DNA of 64,000 bases, from the IMG/VR virus record IMGVR_UViG_2823577039_000003. One strand, written 5' to 3'. The notes beneath the pieces are model-generated. The model searched no databases, was not told where the DNA came from, and saw only the letters and a program-made list of their open reading frames with translations. The stretch is from an uncultured virus (IMG/VR IMGVR_UViG_2823577039_000003) (taxonomy: Duplodnaviria > Heunggongvirae > Uroviricota > Caudoviricetes). Below, piece by piece: positions 19,496 to 29,947 of this stretch (positions within the stretch are counted from its first letter, which is position 1; the number at the start of each line of letters is the position of its first letter). Made by a program: the position numbers and the translations under genes.

Positions 19496-19659
19496 TTATA
19501 AATTGGATAGATAGTAATAAATTATTTGCGTTGTTAAACGCCACTATGCCTGAAGGCTATGGGGCTACGGGAGAGTTACGAAGAATAATGCAGGAAACGG
19601 GTATGAATCAAGAAGATGCTCAAAGGATTATGGATAGTTTAGCAGAAATGGAAAAGTGA
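19492..19659 (+). CDS. Small protein, INW-tag family (55 aa, not in ORF track)
   Basis: Manual translation MIINWIDSNKLF...; ATGA overlap. Confidence 0.6.
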   Translation: MIINWIDSNKLFALLNATMPEGYGATGELRRIMQETGMNQEDAQRIMDSLAEMEK

Positions 19660-19663
19660 TGTC

Positions 19664-19906
19664 ATGAATCCNATGATAGAAGGAAATAGATTTAACTGGA
19701 TTCCTGCCATTAACTATGTGTATTGGCCGATCCTTAAATGTTACCAATGCGATGCGGTAGCGAAAACCTATCAAGAACTTAAAATGATTGAAAACACAGG
19801 CTTATGTGAAGATTGTTATGATGTGGAATCCTCCTACGAAGAGCGTCAGCGAGAAGAATGGGAACGAGAATTACAACAGGAAAGGTATGAAAAACACCGA
19901 GAATAA
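19664..19906 (+). CDS. Small C4 zinc-finger protein
   Basis: CYQC...CEDC. Confidence 0.55.
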   Translation: MNXMIEGNRFNWIPAINYVYWPILKCYQCDAVAKTYQELKMIENTGLCEDCYDVESSYEERQREEWERELQQERYEKHRE

Positions 19907-19937
19907 CTATAAATAAGTCGTGACATACACCCATGCT

Positions 19938-20051
19938 ATGTCTGGCTGGGAAACCTATGACCCTAATCCGCCCGAAGGTAAGTTTCCGTGGATAGAGGGT
20001 ATTATTAGTTTAGGATTCATCGTAGCATTGATTGTATTTTTGTGTGCTTAG
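19938..20051 (+). CDS. Tiny single-TM protein (37 aa, not in ORF track)
   Basis: TATAAATA 22 nt upstream; WIEGIISLGFIVALIVFLCA. Confidence 0.5.
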   Translation: MSGWETYDPNPPEGKFPWIEGIISLGFIVALIVFLCA

Positions 20052-20087
20052 ATAAGTATATAAAGGTGCTAACAGGGATTAGAACCC

Positions 20088-20336
20088 ATGAGCGATAGTA
20101 GAGATCGGCAACAAATGGCCATTAACCTCTTGCGACAAGGCAAGGTAATGCGAGTAAAAGAGGATTATTTCCGAGTGACTGGTAATTCTGGTAAAGACTG
20201 GAATATTGCCGTCTGGGATGACAATAACATTAGGTGTAGTTGTCCTGTTAATAAAATCAAGAAGCAAGAATGCCACCATGTTAAAGCAGTGCAGATGTAT
20301 CTGACTTCTGTTAGAACTGGCTGGAGAATGTGGTAA
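20088..20336 (+). CDS. SWIM zinc-finger protein
   Basis: CSCP......CHH. Confidence 0.75.
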   Translation: MSDSRDRQQMAINLLRQGKVMRVKEDYFRVTGNSGKDWNIAVWDDNNIRCSCPVNKIKKQECHHVKAVQMYLTSVRTGWRMW

Positions 20337-20350
20337 AGCCACGTTTTGAC

Positions 20351-20500
20351 CAGTGCCTTTATATAAGGGTTGAAGGTGGGAGTAATATGTCTCGGCTATT
20401 ATACCGTATTGAAAAGGACGGCTGCAAGGAAGATTGCCTTTGTGGTGATTGTGGTTATGTCTTTGAAGAGTATGAGGTCGCTTAACAGTGCCTTTATATA
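20351..20500 (+). promoter_or_regulatory. Two tandem promoters sharing CAGTGCCTTTATATA
   Basis: Exact 15-bp repeat at 20351-20365 and 20486-20500, each upstream of a gene; canonical archaeal TTTATATA box. Confidence 0.7.
20387..20485 (+). CDS. Micro zinc-finger protein (32 aa, not in ORF track)
   Basis: C..DCLCGDCG; immediately downstream of a promoter. Confidence 0.45.
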   Translation: MSRLLYRIEKDGCKEDCLCGDCGYVFEEYEVA

Positions 20501-20537
20501 GGGGAACTCGCTGGGACTAATACAGGAAGTGAAAAAA

Positions 20538-20834
20538 ATGGGAAGAAAACACGCATGGGTAGAACGCCGAAGAGTGAACGCCTTTGATTTAATGGAAGAT
20601 AGAGCCTACTTGACAACCGAGTTGGCAGAAATACTGAATAAAGACCATGTGCACGAAGTCCGTCCACGACAGATATTTTGTGTGCTAAAGGCCGACAAGC
20701 GATTNCGCAAGATTCGCAAGGTCAAGGTTGATAGCGTGGCTCGCACTAAGAGTCATGAAGTATGGTTGTTTGGTCGTGCAGACCGAGATTATGAAGATCG
20801 ACATCCACACCGAGCAAAGCGTGGTGATGCATGA
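20538..20834 (+). CDS. Basic protein, possible winged helix
   Basis: LTTELAEILN helix; R/K-rich. Confidence 0.5.
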   Translation: MGRKHAWVERRRVNAFDLMEDRAYLTTELAEILNKDHVHEVRPRQIFCVLKADKRXRKIRKVKVDSVARTKSHEVWLFGRADRDYEDRHPHRAKRGDA

Positions 20835-21265
20835 TGGGCGATTCAATTATTGATAAAATCCGTAAAGCCGCAGAAGCAAGGGATAAAGCAATCAAGCAAG
20901 ATGCAAAGAAAGGTATGTGCGCCCCATGTGGCGAACCTTTGGACTCATGTATGTGTGATGCTTACATGGCTATGGCAGGTGAATAATAATGTGTGATATT
21001 TGTGATTCTAAGGAAGCAGTATGCCGAGTGACTCGGGGTGCTCAATTCAGTAATGTAAAAGCATATTGTTTAGAGTGTTTGCTTGAGACCTATCCAAAAT
21101 CCGGGGAAGTGTTAGCATGAAACAATCAGAATGGGAAGCACAAAAGCGCATGAAAGAAGAGGCACAAGCCGAAGTCAAGCGGTTGCGTGAAGAGAATCGT
21201 TCATTGTTCCTAAGACTGTCCGAAGTGCAAGAGCAACTGAATGCAATCCATAGGGGTGAAGAATA

Positions 21266-21544
21266 ATGAAAGAAGGAGATACTATTTCTAAGACCAAGAT
21301 GATTAAGTTCTTGACTGGTAAAACACAAACAATGTGGAACCGAGAAGAGAAATGTTTCAAACCTATTGCTTTGACTACACGTTATGATGGTAATGAGGCT
21401 CGTATAACAATGCTCAAAACCGCCGATCCATATCAAGTGATTAGGGCTAAATCTGATACTCAAGAAATCAAACTAATATATAATGTCAAGAAGAAAGAAG
21501 TTACACAGGGCACCATCCTCCCTGTAGACTGGAGAGATAAGTAG
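21266..21544 (+). CDS. Hypothetical protein; preceded by three coupled micro-ORFs in 20831-21266
   Basis: TAATG coupling; two of the upstream micro-ORFs carry CxxC pairs. Confidence 0.5.
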   Translation: MKEGDTISKTKMIKFLTGKTQTMWNREEKCFKPIALTTRYDGNEARITMLKTADPYQVIRAKSDTQEIKLIYNVKKKEVTQGTILPVDWRDK

Positions 21545-21603
21545 GTTATATACCAACCGAAAAGTATATAAGGGTGAAACGCAGAAAGACAAAGGTGAAC
21601 AGT

Positions 21604-22524
21604 ATGTGGGATAGTGATTGTAGCGAATGTGGTGCTGATAAAGACAGCATTAGAGAGAATGATAGCGGAGAATATGAATGTCCTGATTGTGGTTTGATTT
21701 TGGGATTAGCAATTGACATGGGTAAAGATTACAGAGTCTTTGCTGATGGTGCAGGTGCTAACAATGAACGCCACGGCATGGCAGCAACATGGCTTTTGCA
21801 CGATAAAGGTCTAACCACTGATATTTGTCGTATGAATAAAGATGCTTCAGGTGCACCTATCAAGGGTGAGTTCCGTAAGCGATTGGGAAGGCTACGCCGA
21901 CAACAACAGCGCACTCGTATTCGCAACAGCACAGAACGCAATTTGGTGCAAGCCCTGTATGAACTACAACGTTTGGCCAGCCAGATGGGTCTTAATGACA
22001 CTATTCGTGAACAGGCTGCCTATATTTATCGTAAGGCTGCCGAAGCCAAGTTGGTTCAAGGTCGTAGTATTGAAGGTGTAGTCGCTGCCAGCATTCACGC
22101 TGCTTGCCGATTGAATGGTATTCATAGAACACTGGATGAGATCGGACGACATAGCCGTATTGGTCGTAAAGAGATTGGACGCACTTACCGTAAAGTAAAG
22201 CAACAACTTCAATTGCGTATTGCCCCAAGCAGTGCTCAAGGATTTGTTCCTGCTTTCTGTAATAAACTACAAGTTCCAGTAAACATTGAAACCGAAGCCT
22301 TGCGAATCTTAGGCGAACCCAAGGTTAAAAAGATTGCTACTGGCCGAAGCCCAACAGGTATCGCTGCTGCCGTAGTATATTTGAGTTGCATGAAGAATCC
22401 AGAGAGTTATCGCACTCAGCGTGATGTGGCTGCCGCCGCAGGAGTGACCGAAGTTACTATTCGTAATCGCTATAATGATATTTGTGATGCTCTCGGCATT
22501 GACAGAAACAATCTGGGACAGTAA
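21604..22524 (+). CDS. tfb: Transcription initiation factor IIB (TFB)
   Basis: Zn ribbon CSEC...CPDC; two cyclin repeats GRSIEGVVAAS.. and GRSPTGIAAA..; TQRDVA...GVTEVTIRNRY. Confidence 0.95.
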   Translation: MWDSDCSECGADKDSIRENDSGEYECPDCGLILGLAIDMGKDYRVFADGAGANNERHGMAATWLLHDKGLTTDICRMNKDASGAPIKGEFRKRLGRLRRQQQRTRIRNSTERNLVQALYELQRLASQMGLNDTIREQAAYIYRKAAEAKLVQGRSIEGVVAASIHAACRLNGIHRTLDEIGRHSRIGRKEIGRTYRKVKQQLQLRIAPSSAQGFVPAFCNKLQVPVNIETEALRILGEPKVKKIATGRSPTGIAAAVVYLSCMKNPESYRTQRDVAAAAGVTEVTIRNRYNDICDALGIDRNNLGQ

Positions 22525-22556
22525 CTACAAATAGGTGATGACCAGATTCCCCAACC

Positions 22557-23120
22557 ATGTGGGAATGGCTCTCGGCAGGATTAACAGTAATCATATTATG
22601 GTTAGTTCAGCAATTGTATAGTTTCAAAACTGCTGACCCTGTAATTGAAAGGATAGAAATCCCTGTGCAGGATAACACACAACTGTTAGAGTTAGCAGAC
22701 CAATTAGGTTCGTCCCAACAACAAGTGAAGTTCTTAGACGCTACTATTGATACCTTAAGTCATCAAGTAGCCNANTTANAANNNGATTTAGAAAATACNC
22801 ANNNCGANGCNAANAANCAGAANGGTCGTGCNGCNTCNGCNCATACTTCTAAAGGACAGATNNTNGANAAGTGGGCNCCATTTGTNGANCATCCTGAAAT
22901 NGATCCAGANTGGGANGCNGAAAACTGGNNTTTNATGGGCAACCCTATTGATTANATNGTNTGGGATTATCGTCAAGATNNANANGCNAACTTNGAAGAA
23001 GGCATGATATACATTATGGATGTTAAATCTGCTAAAGCNCAANTANNNACNAAACAACGCCGTATNNGNGATTTAGTNAAAGCAGGAAGAGTAGANTGGN
23101 GAGAAATNAGGTTGGATTAA
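22557..23120 (+). CDS. Membrane-anchored Holliday-junction-resolvase-like endonuclease
   Basis: N-terminal TM and coiled coil; KGQ...K..PF, GNPID, DVKS motifs; many ambiguous bases. Confidence 0.65.
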   Translation: MWEWLSAGLTVIILWLVQQLYSFKTADPVIERIEIPVQDNTQLLELADQLGSSQQQVKFLDATIDTLSHQVAXLXXDLENXXXXXXXQXGRXXXXHTSKGQXXXKWXPFXXHPEXDPXWXXENWXXMGNPIDXXXWDYRQDXXXNXEEGMIYIMDVKSAKXQXXXKQRRXXDLXKAGRVXWXEXRLD

Positions 23121-23121
23121 G

Positions 23122-23322
23122 ATGAANGTNGGATTNAANGATCGNCTACTTAGGGGATTCGGGGGAATAATTTTACTTATTATTGATTTCTTAGCCAGTG
23201 GGTCATGGGCATGGGTGTTTCTCATCATGGGTGTTTGGAGTGTAGTCACTTCTGCTTTTGGCTGGTGTCCCTTTTATCGTTTAGGTGGAATCAATACTTG
23301 TCCAGTAAATATGCATGAATAA
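23122..23322 (+). CDS. DUF2892/YgaP-like membrane protein
   Basis: G..D...R, two TMs, WCPFY...GINTC. Confidence 0.75.
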   Translation: MXXGXXDXLLRGFGGIILLIIDFLASGSWAWVFLIMGVWSVVTSAFGWCPFYRLGGINTCPVNMHE

Positions 23323-23357
23323 CAATATATAAGTAGTTGATGACTACTATTAAGATT

Positions 23358-24125
23358 ATGACTCTACCGCAACAGGCTATGGATGTAGCAATTAGTGTGG
23401 CCGCAGATGTCTTACACTTATGGCCTTCATTGGATGGTTATGATGCTATGGTAGGNGTGAGCGATGTTATTCCTGATAGTCAGATTATGATCCAAGTGCC
23501 AGAATATAGTAAAACTAATCCTTTTGGTAACGTGGATAAAGATGATAAACCCTCTCAGGAAACACAAGAAAGATTTAGAAAAACAGGATGGAAACCAGTG
23601 GAACAAACTTACTGGGCCAAAAGCCTTGATATGCCTGATGATTTAAAAGATAGATTATGGAAAGAGATGAATATAACTTCTACTGCTCTTAACGCACCTT
23701 GGACTCGTTTTTATGAACAAAATCAATTAGACTGGGATGAAGTAGCAACTATGGCTATGTATCCGTTTAAGCCCGGGGAATTGATGACAGGACCTGTTCA
23801 TTATGGAAAGAAATATGAGAAACTGTGGCGAATCGGACGCTTTGACGGCAAGGGTTATGTAAATCTGTATCATGTAGTCATGAGTTATCCACATCCAGTG
23901 GTAGCGAAAGGAAATGAACAGATGAGTGGGAACAAGGAAAAGGGTTTCATAGCCGTGTGGCCTTTTAGTAAGAATGGTATGGAAAACAATAATATGGCTT
24001 TCTTAGGTTTACAAGATGGAAATATAAAAATGCTGTTCGGAGAAAATGCTTACGCTGCGTGGATAGAAGAACGAGACCAAATGATTGGCCATTATGCAAG
24101 TATCAATGTTCAAACTATCTTTTAG
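23358..24125 (+). CDS. Hypothetical protein
   Basis: Start moved by TATAAGTAG spacing of 22 nt. Confidence 0.6.
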   Translation: MTLPQQAMDVAISVAADVLHLWPSLDGYDAMVXVSDVIPDSQIMIQVPEYSKTNPFGNVDKDDKPSQETQERFRKTGWKPVEQTYWAKSLDMPDDLKDRLWKEMNITSTALNAPWTRFYEQNQLDWDEVATMAMYPFKPGELMTGPVHYGKKYEKLWRIGRFDGKGYVNLYHVVMSYPHPVVAKGNEQMSGNKEKGFIAVWPFSKNGMENNNMAFLGLQDGNIKMLFGENAYAAWIEERDQMIGHYASINVQTIF

Positions 24126-24340
24126 AATCCGTAATTAAGTATGTCACCTTTACTTAACAAGTCTTTAATTATATTTACTTGCTCGGCCAAGCGACGTTCA
24201 AAGTTGGTTTGATCTACATCTACGACAGTATCTTCTCGCCATTGATGTCCTGCTAATTCCACCCAGACCTCACCCACATACCATTCACACTGATAGTCTG
24301 GTTCAATAACTATGGACCAGATGTTTGGGGTTTCAGTCAT
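24122..24340 (-). CDS. Small hypothetical protein
   Basis: TATA-like element 22 nt upstream. Confidence 0.5.
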   Translation of the reverse strand: MTETPNIWSIVIEPDYQCEWYVGEVWVELAGHQWREDTVVDVDQTNFERRLAEQVNIIKDLLSKGDILNYGF

Positions 24341-24435
24341 GAATTACATTTCTTTTTGTGACTATATTAATCTTGTGGCAGATGTCTTCAATACCTACAA
24401 TAAACTACAAATAGTTGAAAAATGAAATATAAAGA

Positions 24436-24945
24436 ATGGGTGGCTACTTCCCCGAAAAACCGTCTCGCACGGATGATTTCCCGAACTCATACAGGGAAGC
24501 CCAGACAGTCTTAAGAAAAATGAAAAGACCTGACTTTGAATACTTTGAACTTACTGATGCCAGTCCCAGACACGCCTTTACTAAATATATGGATGAAAAA
24601 GGCTTAGATTACGATCCGGAGTTCTTAAAACAGATTATAGAAGATACGCAAGATATCATGATGAGTTACAAAGATTATTACAATCGTCCTCGTCCGGGCC
24701 AAGTTAATACAGATATTACTTCCCACGAGTCTTATCGTGCTTCTGAAACGGCTAAAACACCGGCTTATCCTTCAGGACATGCCTTCCAAGCATATGTTTT
24801 GGCTCAGAAACTAAGTCGGAAATATCCACTACATTATTTCAAGTTCTTTCGGATTGCAGATCGCATCGCTAATGCACGGGTAAGTGTAGGACTACATTAT
24901 CCTTCTGATAATACCAAGGCTCATAANTTAGCCATGCAACTATAA
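24436..24945 (+). CDS. PAP2-superfamily phosphatase
   Basis: K..YNRPRP, YPSGH, ARVSVGLHYPSD. Confidence 0.85.
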   Translation: MGGYFPEKPSRTDDFPNSYREAQTVLRKMKRPDFEYFELTDASPRHAFTKYMDEKGLDYDPEFLKQIIEDTQDIMMSYKDYYNRPRPGQVNTDITSHESYRASETAKTPAYPSGHAFQAYVLAQKLSRKYPLHYFKFFRIADRIANARVSVGLHYPSDNTKAHXLAMQL

Positions 24946-24977
24946 GTATAAATATCTGGCAACCGATAATATACTAC

Positions 24978-25477
24978 ATGGGTAAACGTTGTGACAGGTG
25001 TAATTATTATACACCAGATATCATTATGGAACACGAAGCGTTGCTCAGACAATTAGCCCAACAAGGCACAGAATCCACTATGTCAGATTTAGATAGCGAT
25101 GGAATACTGCGATTAAAAGAATTATTTGATGCTATGCAGGAAATCTCAGAAGGTCAAATGTGTAGTTGTAGCACTTATCAATCTATCAATATGGAGAAGA
25201 TAGTATGACATGGGAAAACATTGATGGTATATTTTTACCCAATCATAGGTGTGGGTGTGGCAATCTAAATATGAAGGCTGCTGCTTATCGCACCGAAAGA
25301 TTGGCTCGTATGATANNTCATGATTCCATAAGTCCTATTGAAAGAGAAGATCTCAAACAGGATTTGCTCGGTATGATGTCAGATATGAATAAAGTTGTCA
25401 ATGGTGAATGGGAACAATGTGCCTGCAATTTCGGCCTCTTGGCCATCAATCAAACAGGTTTTGCTAAAAGTATATAA
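24978..25477 (+). CDS. Two small coupled Cys-containing proteins (24978..25208, 25205..25477)
   Basis: Both have an N-terminal Cys pair, a helical middle and a C-terminal CxC. Confidence 0.5.
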
Positions 25478-25515
25478 GGGTAATGTCCACCACTCTTTAT
25501 TACAGGTGAACCAAC

Positions 25516-25971
25516 ATGGTTAAAATTGAGATTAATTGTAAAGACGGATACGCAGCACGAGAATACACAAGAGATGACGGCACTTTGGCTTATTTCTTGA
25601 AAGGGCCAAACTCTGTGAGCAACGACCAAGGCGAAGTAGGACGATACGATGTCCGTGGTCGCTATGCAGGCAAGTTTAAGACTGCCGTAGGTGCTCGCAA
25701 GCGATTCGGTGTTCTTGACGGCAACAAGGCTGAAGAATACTCCAAAATCACTATCACTACTCCTGATGGTGTCAATGTTTACATTGGCGACCTTGACGAA
25801 GGACAGATGAGCACACAAGAGCGTATTACACTCGGTATGTGTATCAACAACGCTACTCATCTAACTGCTGCACAGATGGATTCTGAAAATGCACCCCAGA
25901 AACTTGTAAACTCCATTTATGATTTGGCTGACGCTCTCTTTGCAGAGTATAAGGCCCGATACATGGATTGA
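25516..25971 (+). CDS. Hypothetical protein, possibly nucleic-acid-binding
   Basis: TATATAAGGG promoter and GGTGA SD; codon usage appears biased. Confidence 0.6.
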   Translation: MVKIEINCKDGYAAREYTRDDGTLAYFLKGPNSVSNDQGEVGRYDVRGRYAGKFKTAVGARKRFGVLDGNKAEEYSKITITTPDGVNVYIGDLDEGQMSTQERITLGMCINNATHLTAAQMDSENAPQKLVNSIYDLADALFAEYKARYMD

Positions 25972-26188
25972 GCATAAGGAAAAGGACTCCCGAAGCCATT
26001 GTGGTGCGGGAGGAGTGGACGGGAGACTGACGACCTAAAAAGTCTGAAGTCGCTAAGACACATATAGAAAGGTAACAGACACCTAACAACTAAGTAATAT
26101 ACGAATCGTGGTTTACAGCCCGTAGTAGTGTAGTAGTCCCTCCTTCCAAACCATTAGATTCAAATAGTTCCGACACTTCATATGCTCT

Positions 26189-26353
26189 ATGCGTCTACAA
26201 CTGGATTTAGGATCAAATCGTAGTCTGGTCTTTGAAGATTATTCTGATACAGCCTATCTAAAAGTAAGTGTAGAAGATGCTAACGGCTCTTCCAACATTA
26301 CCTTGGGCTTGGTAAAGCGTGAAGACATCAAGCGATTGGGTAAATCATGCTGA
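26189..26353 (+). CDS. Small hypothetical protein (54 aa, not in ORF track)
   Basis: TTCAAATAG 22 nt upstream of ATG; MRLQLDLGS... Confidence 0.5.
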   Translation: MRLQLDLGSNRSLVFEDYSDTAYLKVSVEDANGSSNITLGLVKREDIKRLGKSC

Positions 26354-27430
26354 ATAGTAATCATCTAAGAACTGATTGATAATTTCGGCTACCTTCCAAC
26401 TCCCATTCTCTACATGGCATTCTCCTAAGCCGTGTAAACTGGATGACATTTCAGTGAGTTTCTCTGCACTAACTGAATCCATAGGTATAGTGCAAGCNTT
26501 AGGATAATAAAAAGATGTTAATTTAGAATTGAGTTCAGATTCAATATGTCTTTTCTCAGGCACTAAGATAATAGGTGCACCGATGTGACAGGCTTCGCCA
26601 ATAGTGCTTGCGCCTGCGGCAGTTACTAAATAACGACAATTTTCTAAATCACGGGTGAAAGATTGTCCTGCAGGACAGAAGGTAACCATATCNGTATCAA
26701 CAGCATCATCACCAGCCCCATACCANTTTACTGTGCAATTATTATCTTGAGCAAACTTAGTAATTTCATCCATCTTGCTCAAAAAAGATTTCCGATGATA
26801 AACCATGATATAATCACTCGTCCAACCCGACCAGCGTTTACCACGATAACGTTCCTGAATCGGTGGACCTACCATAAATGTATTTCGTTTCTTAACTAAA
26901 CTTTCTTCAGGAAGGGCCTTGGCTACAATAGTAACGTTACCATCAGGACAAATCATACGGTTAATTATATTTAATTGCTTAAGNGCAACACGATCGCCGT
27001 TAGTAATNGTGTTACAGCCTGCAGGTAACTTACAATGCGTTCCAAAAGATTGGTTGTTATAGATAATGAGTGGAATGCCTGCTAACTGAGCNGCCCGTGA
27101 TAACAAGGGTTCGTAATCCGAAATAACTAAATCATATTTATGAGCCTTAAGGTGATCTGCTAAATCTATAATCTTGCCACGATTCTGTAGAAACCAAGTA
27201 GGATAGTAAAGTGCAGTTTTAAGAGCACTGGGATTATCATTTTTATTATACTGAATCCGGGGTGTGGGCAATTGGTTTACCATGTAACCTTCTTCTCGTA
27301 ATGGTTCTACAGCCATGCAACAAGTAAAGAAAGTAAGTTTATGTCCTGCCATTAATAGATACGGGGCTACGGTAATAGCACGAGTAGAGTGGCCACGACC
27401 TTCACCAGATAATCCATATGCAATTTTCAT
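26345..27430 (-). CDS. GT-B glycosyltransferase (MJ1255/GT1-GT28-like)
   Basis: GEGRGH, ISDYEP, VGPP, T.AG.STIGEA...G.P. Confidence 0.85.
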   Translation of the reverse strand: MKIAYGLSGEGRGHSTRAITVAPYLLMAGHKLTFFTCCMAVEPLREEGYMVNQLPTPRIQYNKNDNPSALKTALYYPTWFLQNRGKIIDLADHLKAHKYDLVISDYEPLLSRXAQLAGIPLIIYNNQSFGTHCKLPAGCNXITNGDRVXLKQLNIINRMICPDGNVTIVAKALPEESLVKKRNTFMVGPPIQERYRGKRWSGWTSDYIMVYHRKSFLSKMDEITKFAQDNNCTVXWYGAGDDAVDXDMVTFCPAGQSFTRDLENCRYLVTAAGASTIGEACHIGAPIILVPEKRHIESELNSKLTSFYYPXACTIPMDSVSAEKLTEMSSSLHGLGECHVENGSWKVAEIINQFLDDYYSA

Positions 27431-27894
27431 GATGTGGCCTCCTTGCTAAGTGTATACCCTACAACACTACAAACCCCAATTAGTCCTGCCGTCATGAGTC
27501 CTTTTCTAAGTTTATCTGCGAAAAAGGCTTCATCTGCCGGTTGAGGATGATTATAAAACACGATCGCTCCCAATCCTAAAATAGTTACGAGCACAGGTAA
27601 AGATGCTCTTTGGCCTTTCAAGGCTCGGTCCATAACATAAAATCCTGCTGTCCCACCTATAGTATCACCAATTATATTTAACCACGAATCACCACGATAG
27701 TCTTTCCAACCCCAGTTGCGCCAGTCTTCAATCCCGACGGTGTTTTCCCAAAGTTCAAATAAAGAATGTAATATNAAATATTGTCCAACATTAAAGATAC
27801 CTAAACTTCCAGCCATGACACCGCCAGTAAAATGTTGAAAGGTCCACTTGTCAAACAAAAGAGGAGTAGTTAAACTATCTGCCATTTGGCTCAC
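27427..27894 (-). CDS. Multi-TM membrane protein
   Basis: HF..G / E.WEN / GDS..N..GD motifs. Confidence 0.6.
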   Translation of the reverse strand: MSQMADSLTTPLLFDKWTFQHFTGGVMAGSLGIFNVGQYXILHSLFELWENTVGIEDWRNWGWKDYRGDSWLNIIGDTIGGTAGFYVMDRALKGQRASLPVLVTILGLGAIVFYNHPQPADEAFFADKLRKGLMTAGLIGVCSVVGYTLSKEATS

Positions 27895-28217
27895 TCCTGA
27901 GCACGTTCAATCTCAAACTTTTCACGGTCATAAAGCACATAATGAGAAGTGCTGTAACTCAAGCCTTGAGCCATGTTGCCTAATAACAATCCTGCTAAAG
28001 TAGAATTAAGCCATGTTCGTTGAGTTGGGAAGAAGTAGAGTAAAGATAATCCTGCTAAAGAGTAAATCCAGTGATGGATATGAAAATATTTATTATCTCC
28101 GATCTCAAAGCGAATAGAAGGTATTAAATCTAAACCATAGACGTGTGGATGAATGACTTCGGCTAAAATAGAACTCACGGCGGCAGCAGTGATAACAACT
28201 GGCAGACTTAAGTCCAT
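27891..28217 (-). CDS. Membrane protein with HIHHW motif
   Basis: TM segments; promoter 22 nt upstream. Confidence 0.6.
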   Translation of the reverse strand: MDLSLPVVITAAAVSSILAEVIHPHVYGLDLIPSIRFEIGDNKYFHIHHWIYSLAGLSLLYFFPTQRTWLNSTLAGLLLGNMAQGLSYSTSHYVLYDREKFEIERAQE

Positions 28218-28250
28218 AACATAGTATTGACACTACAACTACTTATATTT

Positions 28251-29926
28251 TCATTCTTCTTCAGGAGAGGTCCAAAGGAAGTGCACAGCCTGTGANGGTT
28301 GTTGTAATCCCATCTGCATAGCAGAACTAATAATAACTCCCATGAGTTCATCAATCTTTTTCAGGGTCTTACTAATATTTTTAAATCCTACCATGCCGAC
28401 AATATCTAACACAGTATAGTTCTGTCCTTTCTTGTCAGTAATCATACCTCTACGATATTGAAGATCTTGAGTCATGCACAAACCTTCCACACTAACAGTA
28501 AGAGGAGATATATCTACATCATCGTCATCAAAGATAACTAAGCGCATTAAGAAACCATCNGGTTCTTGATGTTGGTCACTAAAGAGTTTAAGAGCATCAT
28601 CTAAGTCAAGGTTTCGCATTTCAGGTTGTTCTTCATCCATATCGCTTCACCATCTCTTTCATAAAATCTTCATAATTGAAATCTTCCCAGTTCTTAATCA
28701 CTTCTAACATNATTTGAAGATCTTGAGACATATCTTTAGTAGGCACTCGCTGAACTTTAGGTTCTTCTTCGCCAGTAGGGAAGTGATACATAGAAATCTG
28801 CTTGAAATAACCTTGAGCAATCATAGAAGTAACTACTAAACGGGCTTGGTCAGCATTCTTTTGNGAATCCAGAGGGATTCGCACACGCTCGGTAGCNTCT
28901 TGCATAATTTCTACTTGGTATTTCACAATCTCCTGCAAGTATTTTTCCGGGGTGGATTCCAACCATTGGTTGATTTCCACTTCAGAGTGTCCTTTAGTAA
29001 TTAAGAAATCACGGAAGTTTCCAGCGACGGCAACGACGAATCTAAGAGGTTCATCTAAGATNTTAAACATCACGAAATACAAATCATCTTTGTCGCCTTC
29101 ATTCATGTCTACAGTAGCAGTTACCATGACTTCAGTAGATTTACTGAAACCTAATTTAACATCGGATATAGTATTCATTGATTACCCTCGGTAAGACATT
29201 GGTGACAGCAGTAATATAAACCTTCCTGTGAAATATTGAAATCAATACCACAACGGGTGCATTTTCTCATCCGCCANCGTAATACCCATTTCGGNTTAAA
29301 CTGACGGGCTTCCGCTAAACTAAGGGGCAAAGGATTGTCAATTAAATGACCATCCATAGATAAGCCCTGTTCTTCACAGAAATCCAGTAACTCCAGCGGC
29401 ACATAGATCATGGCTTGCCTCACCTACTTATATCTTTCACATTGATAGAAGCATGATAAACGTCAAAAAGAGTGGATAAAGATTGGTTAGGCCATGATTT
29501 CCATACATACAAATTACTACGCTCGGTATCGGAAAGCCGTTCATTATAATACACAATAATGTGGTCGGTCTCCTCGGGAAGTGGGATATCTATACCAAAA
29601 TGAAAGTCATCNGTCNTACCTTCNACTGTGTTCAAAGAGTTCGGAACAAATATTCCTGCCACGTTGCCTTGCCTCAANTTATTTTTCAAGTTCTTTAGAC
29701 TCCAGTTAGCACTTCCGGGAGCATCCTTCCAGTCTACATCAAAACGAGGTGCTCTAAAGACGAACTCACTATTCTCTAAGGACACATCAAACTGTGTATC
29801 ACTAATTGATTTAAAATCAATAATCAAAGCGTTCTGGTAAAACCTGCCACATTCTATCCATCGTCCCTTGTCATCGTCCCAATAAGATACGGGATAATAG
29901 TCCATAATATTGATACTGCCCTTCAA
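28251..29926 (-). CDS. Four coupled hypothetical proteins (28251..28640, 28633..29178, 29175..29423 with C4 finger, 29420..29926)
   Basis: Overlapping start/stop codons. Confidence 0.55.
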
Positions 29927-29947
29927 CTATAAATAGGTGATGGCATA

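Noticed and set aside
26020..26055. Hammerhead ribozyme (CTGACGA core)
   Set aside because: No proper stem II followed by GAAA and no matching stems I and III
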